Part shown: positions 28,028 to 32,000 of the stretch, piece after piece
Position numbering within the stretch: position 1 is the first letter of the stretch
How the letters are laid out: each line of letters begins with the position of its first letter
DNA from: Candidatus Hermodarchaeota archaeon
GTDB taxonomy: Archaea > Asgardarchaeota > Heimdallarchaeia > Hodarchaeales > Hodarchaeaceae
Length of the DNA: 32,000 nt
Reading direction: 5' to 3'
Assembly: GCA_048886185.1 (NCBI GenBank)
Contig: JBHLKY010000001.1
Coordinates: 90,001-122,000 of the forward strand
Translations under genes and position numbers: made by a program
Notes under the pieces: generated by a model
What the model was told of the DNA's origin: nothing
Database searches by the model: none
Seen by the model: the letters and a program-made list of their open reading frames with translations, nothing else

Positions 28028-29584
28028 ATGGTTTCTAATCATTATGATAGTGCATTTTATAACGCGAACATTATCACGATGGATCCAGACAACCCCTTAG
28101 CAGAAATGATTGCAATAAATAACGACAAATTTGTCTATGTTGGTGAATATCGATCAAAAATCATCGAAAAAGCGAATTCTGAAGTAGACATTGCTAATAA
28201 AACTATAATCCCTGGATTCATTGATTTACATACACATCTATGGAAGGAAGCTCATATCATTTCTATTGATTTAGGATCCTTTCAGACTTATAATGAGGTT
28301 ATTAAGAGACTAGAAGCTGAAGTTAATTCCAAAAGGTCTGGTGAATGGATTTTTGCGTCAAACTGGGACGAATCGAAGTGGAAGGATCGGAAAGAATTTC
28401 TCAGTAAAGAGGATCTTGATGAAATCAGCCCCCTCAATCCGTTATACACACATAGGGAAGATGGACATTTAGTAGTAGTGAATTCTCTTGCCCTAGAGAA
28501 GTTACCATTACCTATTTCACATCCCGGCATTGTAAAAGATTCACTAGGAAAACCAACAGGTATTTTAAAGGATGTTTGGTTAGATTTATCTCCATACTAT
28601 AAAGAAAAAATACCAAATAGCATAGAAAAATCATGTCAAATCGCAGCTTCTAAAGGTATCACTGCAGCGGTTGATAATCTTACAATAATGTCAACAGGTC
28701 AGAAAAATATCATAGAAGCATATTTACAACTCGACTTAAGTGATAAATTACCAATTCGCATCTTTCTCAATCCAACACGTGAGTTAATGACAGAGTTCAC
28801 AAAACTGGGGTTGAAACAAACTTGGGGGTCGTCAAAAATAAGATTCTCTGGTTTTAAAGGCTTTTTCGATGGTGCCCTTGGGGCGCATACAGCTTTGATT
28901 AGTCTTCAATATCAAGATATGGAAGGAACTGGAGATCAATTTTTGAATGAAGAGGAACTAATTTCTCAGATTATTTTTGCAGAGGAAAATGATTATACAC
29001 TATGTATTCATGCAATTGGGGATCTAGCAATAGAAAAACTTCTTAATTGTTATGAGAAGGGAATCAAAGAAGCTGGAAAAGTTTCTTCCTCTCGTAGGCA
29101 TCGAATTGAACATGCAGAAATGATTACTGACATACAAATTCAGAAGGCGAAAGAATTAGGGATTCTTCTTTCAATGCAACCCAATTTTCTTAAATGGGAA
29201 TATCCAAGAGAGCTTTATGAAACACGTCTGGGAAAAGACAGATTTATGACCCTAAATCGATTTTCCGACATCCTATCCCTTGGCGTGAAAATTTATTTTG
29301 GTTCAGATAATATGCCGCTCTCTCCGCTCTATGGAATTCAGCAGGCTATTAATTTCCCCTCACCAAACATAAAAATATCAATAAACGAGGCACTCCAAGC
29401 ATACACGCTTAATAATGCTCAAGCATTGTTTATGGAATCTAGATTAGGTAGTATTACCATAGGAAAGTATGCAGATTTTCTAGTTCTAACAGAATCTCCT
29501 TTTGAGATGAATCCAACTCAAATAAGCGATAAGATTATTGAACGGACATTTGTTGGAGGAAATGTGGTCTATTCCTCCAATTAA
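28028..29584 (+). CDS. Metal-dependent amidohydrolase (amidohydrolase-3/YtcJ-like)
   Basis: PGFIDLHTH, DGHLVVVNSLAL, FKGFFDGALG, IHAIGD, RIEHA, SMQP, GSD, GKYADF. Confidence 0.88.
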   Translation: MVSNHYDSAFYNANIITMDPDNPLAEMIAINNDKFVYVGEYRSKIIEKANSEVDIANKTIIPGFIDLHTHLWKEAHIISIDLGSFQTYNEVIKRLEAEVNSKRSGEWIFASNWDESKWKDRKEFLSKEDLDEISPLNPLYTHREDGHLVVVNSLALEKLPLPISHPGIVKDSLGKPTGILKDVWLDLSPYYKEKIPNSIEKSCQIAASKGITAAVDNLTIMSTGQKNIIEAYLQLDLSDKLPIRIFLNPTRELMTEFTKLGLKQTWGSSKIRFSGFKGFFDGALGAHTALISLQYQDMEGTGDQFLNEEELISQIIFAEENDYTLCIHAIGDLAIEKLLNCYEKGIKEAGKVSSSRRHRIEHAEMITDIQIQKAKELGILLSMQPNFLKWEYPRELYETRLGKDRFMTLNRFSDILSLGVKIYFGSDNMPLSPLYGIQQAINFPSPNIKISINEALQAYTLNNAQALFMESRLGSITIGKYADFLVLTESPFEMNPTQISDKIIERTFVGGNVVYSSN

Positions 29585-29600
29585 TCTTAAGTGAAAGAGA

Positions 29601-30716
29601 ATGAAATTATTAGATTTAGCGATTTTCCTCAAAGATCAATTACTGGGGCATTTTCCAAATAAAGTTGGTATAATTATACTTTATGGTTCGGTTGCTCAGA
29701 GAACTGAAGATGAATTTTCTGATCTCGATATGTATGCAATTGTTGATGATCAAGAAGACACAACTCTTCCTTGGGAATTTATTTTTCATGGCCATACGGT
29801 TGATTTCTGGAAAATGGATTGGCGTCAAGCTGAATTAATGGCTTCTGGAGATAATGATAGAAGTCCTTGGGCTGTTGCTGCTTCATTATTCACTGAAGGA
29901 CGGATTCTCCATAAACGATCAGATTCAGATAAAATTCGATTTAATTCATTTGTCTCGAAAATTCGACGTACAGATGAAGAAAATCTGAAACACATAATAA
30001 AAGAATTCAATTCTGTTTATTCTCACCTTGAGGAAATAAAGATCGCAAAAAGAAAGAAAGACCTCCTTTCCGCACGCTGGGCTATATGGCAACTTACTAA
30101 TAAATTAACCATAAACCTTTCTCTGATGAATAATTCCTATTTAACAAAAAATTGGGGATCAAATCTTCATGAAATATTTCAATTCCCAATAATACCACCC
30201 AACTTTAGAGAATTAGTTACAATTCTTTGTACCACGAATAATTATGATGAAATGATCAGAGTTGGTCGAGTGTTGATTCAAAATGTTAGAAAATTAATCC
30301 TAAAAAAACAACAAAACATCATAATGAGTCCAATTTATGAAAAAAAGGCATTTACCCGTTATGTTAGTATGAAGGCATATATCAATAAGATCATATCAGC
30401 TTGTCATAAAGGAGATATCCTCACAGCGAGTTATGCTGTAACTGAACTACAAATATGGATTGCTGAGGAACTTAATCATATTGAGGGAAATTTCCTTGTT
30501 GATGTAGACAATTTTAATTCTTTTGATGAAATCAAAGTATTTTATAATCGATTAAAGCTTCCCGATCTTATGGATGGAATATCCCAATCAGATTTCCAAG
30601 AAATTGAGAAAAGGGTTAATCAGCTTGATTTGCAACTGCTAGAATTCTGTAAGAATCAAAATTCAAAGATTCCGAGGTTTAATAACAAAGAAGAAATTAA
30701 AAAGTATCTTAGCTAA
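29601..30716 (+). CDS. Pol-beta-superfamily nucleotidyltransferase, kanamycin-nucleotidyltransferase-like architecture
   Basis: LYGSVAQRTEDEFSDLDM (GS...DxD), third acidic residue in VDF, helical C-terminal region with an internal repeat. Confidence 0.75.
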   Translation: MKLLDLAIFLKDQLLGHFPNKVGIIILYGSVAQRTEDEFSDLDMYAIVDDQEDTTLPWEFIFHGHTVDFWKMDWRQAELMASGDNDRSPWAVAASLFTEGRILHKRSDSDKIRFNSFVSKIRRTDEENLKHIIKEFNSVYSHLEEIKIAKRKKDLLSARWAIWQLTNKLTINLSLMNNSYLTKNWGSNLHEIFQFPIIPPNFRELVTILCTTNNYDEMIRVGRVLIQNVRKLILKKQQNIIMSPIYEKKAFTRYVSMKAYINKIISACHKGDILTASYAVTELQIWIAEELNHIEGNFLVDVDNFNSFDEIKVFYNRLKLPDLMDGISQSDFQEIEKRVNQLDLQLLEFCKNQNSKIPRFNNKEEIKKYLS

Positions 30717-30723
30717 GGTGATT

Positions 30724-31698
30724 ATGTTGAATTCACGTCCACGTGTTTTATGTACTCATAGAATTCCAGAAGCAGGGTTGAAAATCCTTGAGAAATCGAT
30801 GCAAGTGACAATTTTAGATGAAAATCTTCCCATTAAAGCTCAGTTGCAGGAATTGCTCCCTTTGACTAATTTTCTTATAACACTTCTTTCTGTGGAGATA
30901 TCAGAAAGCTTGATGTGTTTAGCTCCATCGCTTAAAGGAATTGCGAATTATGCAGTTGGATATAATAATATTGATATCGTTGCAGCTAGAAAAAGAAACA
31001 TTTTGGTTACAAACACCCCAGATGTGTTAACAAACGCGACTGCTGATCTTGTATGGGGATTAATCCTTGCAGTAACACGTAGAATTATTGAGGGGGATAA
31101 AATATGTCGTGACAATATTTTTCCTGGCTGGTTACCAAAGTTTTTACTTGGATTTGAAATCACTGGAAAAACTCTAGGAGTAATTGGTTTGGGACGGATA
31201 GGAGCTGCAGTAGCAAAACGAGCTGTTGGGTTTGATATGCAGATTCTCTACCATTCACGAACACGGAAACGTGATATTGAGCAAAAATATGGATTAATCT
31301 TCAGAAAATCGTTAGAAGAAGTACTTAAAGAATCTGATATAATCAGCCTCAATATTCCATACACACAAGAAACCCATCATTTGATTTCAAAAAGAGAATT
31401 ATCATTAATGAAATCTTCTGCATATCTTATCAACACTGCCCGTGGTAGAGTTGTTAATGAAAAAGATCTTATAGATGCATTAAAAACCAAGGTTATTGCG
31501 GGAGCTGGACTTGATGTATTTTATAATGAGCCTTCAATACCCTCAGAATTGAGTGAATTACAGAATGTTGTACTAACTCCTCATATTGGATCTGCGACAA
31601 CTCAAACCCGTGATGCTATGGCACGAATGGTAGCAGATAATATTCTAGCCATGAATGAAGGAAATCAACCGCCCAATCTTATCCCTGAAATGTTATAA
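30724..31698 (+). CDS. gyaR: D-isomer-specific 2-hydroxyacid dehydrogenase (glyoxylate reductase-like)
   Basis: AVGYNNID, NTPDVLTNATAD, GVIGLGRIG, LINTARG, AGLDVFYNEP, TPHIGSAT. AGGTGA upstream of the ATG at 30724. Confidence 0.85.
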   Translation: MLNSRPRVLCTHRIPEAGLKILEKSMQVTILDENLPIKAQLQELLPLTNFLITLLSVEISESLMCLAPSLKGIANYAVGYNNIDIVAARKRNILVTNTPDVLTNATADLVWGLILAVTRRIIEGDKICRDNIFPGWLPKFLLGFEITGKTLGVIGLGRIGAAVAKRAVGFDMQILYHSRTRKRDIEQKYGLIFRKSLEEVLKESDIISLNIPYTQETHHLISKRELSLMKSSAYLINTARGRVVNEKDLIDALKTKVIAGAGLDVFYNEPSIPSELSELQNVVLTPHIGSATTQTRDAMARMVADNILAMNEGNQPPNLIPEML

Positions 31699-31707
31699 AG
31701 TTTTTTC

Positions 31708-32000
31708 TTATCCAGGTCGATCAATACTTTCTTTTTTTCGTAATTTATTATAAATCTCATTCCAATCTACAAGAATAAATACTGTAATTATTAGTATTGT
31801 AAGGATCCACATCATTGTGCTAGTTACTATCTCCCCAATTGTGGTTTGTTGGATCACTCCTGATCTGACTTGATTTAAATTAATCCCATAGAGCTGTAAG
31901 AATAATTGACCAATGGTTGTTTCGCTAGCAACTGAAGCCATGAACGCAGCTGAACACGTTAATGTCACTTTTCCCAAAAAACAGAAAAATAGAGTTTTCC
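31708..32000 (-). CDS. C-terminal fragment of a membrane protein (possibly DedA/VTT-like), continues beyond the window
   Basis: Frame is open to the window end (KTLFFCFLGKVTLTCSAAF...); hydrophobic helices. The family guess is weak. Confidence 0.55.
   Translation of the reverse strand, partial: KTLFFCFLGKVTLTCSAAFMASVASETTIGQLFLQLYGINLNQVRSGVIQQTTIGEIVTSTMMWILTILIITVFILVDWNEIYNKLRKKESIDRPG

Noticed and set aside
1-32000. tRNA, rRNA, CRISPR arrays, IS elements, inteins, Sec/Pyl read-through
   Set aside because: I saw no cloverleaf, repeat-spacer periodicity, transposase, terminal inverted repeats, intein-sized insertions or in-frame stops within conserved domains. This was by-eye inspection only.

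Overview
AT-rich, gene-dense archaeal-type window (AGGTGA/AGGTGG ribosome-binding sites, oligo-T terminators, DUF211 plus VIT pair). An Asgard/Heimdallarchaeia-like origin is my inference and is not demonstrated. Positions 1-16.3 kb form a TCA-cycle supercluster: aconitase (5'-truncated), isocitrate dehydrogenase, two-subunit ATP-citrate lyase, sdhDCAB with four putative haem-ligand His, two-subunit class I fumarase and succinyl-CoA synthetase. No citrate synthase, malate dehydrogenase or 2-oxoglutarate oxidoreductase lies in the window. A LarA-family Ni-pincer racemase sits inside the cluster. The rest encodes a Zn-ribbon orphan, a fused GctAB-like CoA-transferase, an FAD/Fe-S D-2-hydroxyacid dehydrogenase, an acetyl-CoA hydrolase/transferase-GNAT fusion, menA, an RHH regulator coupled to a 7-TM protein, convergent hypC/hypE, and an amidohydrolase-nucleotidyltransferase-glyoxylate reductase operon. 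I saw no rRNA, tRNA, CRISPR array or mobile element. Highlights: a possible racemase plus D-hydroxyacid dehydrogenase bypass of malate dehydrogenase, two apparent non-canonical start codons (CTG, ATT), a recurrent CCTCCCTTTT 3' motif and two perfect 7-3-7 palindromes.
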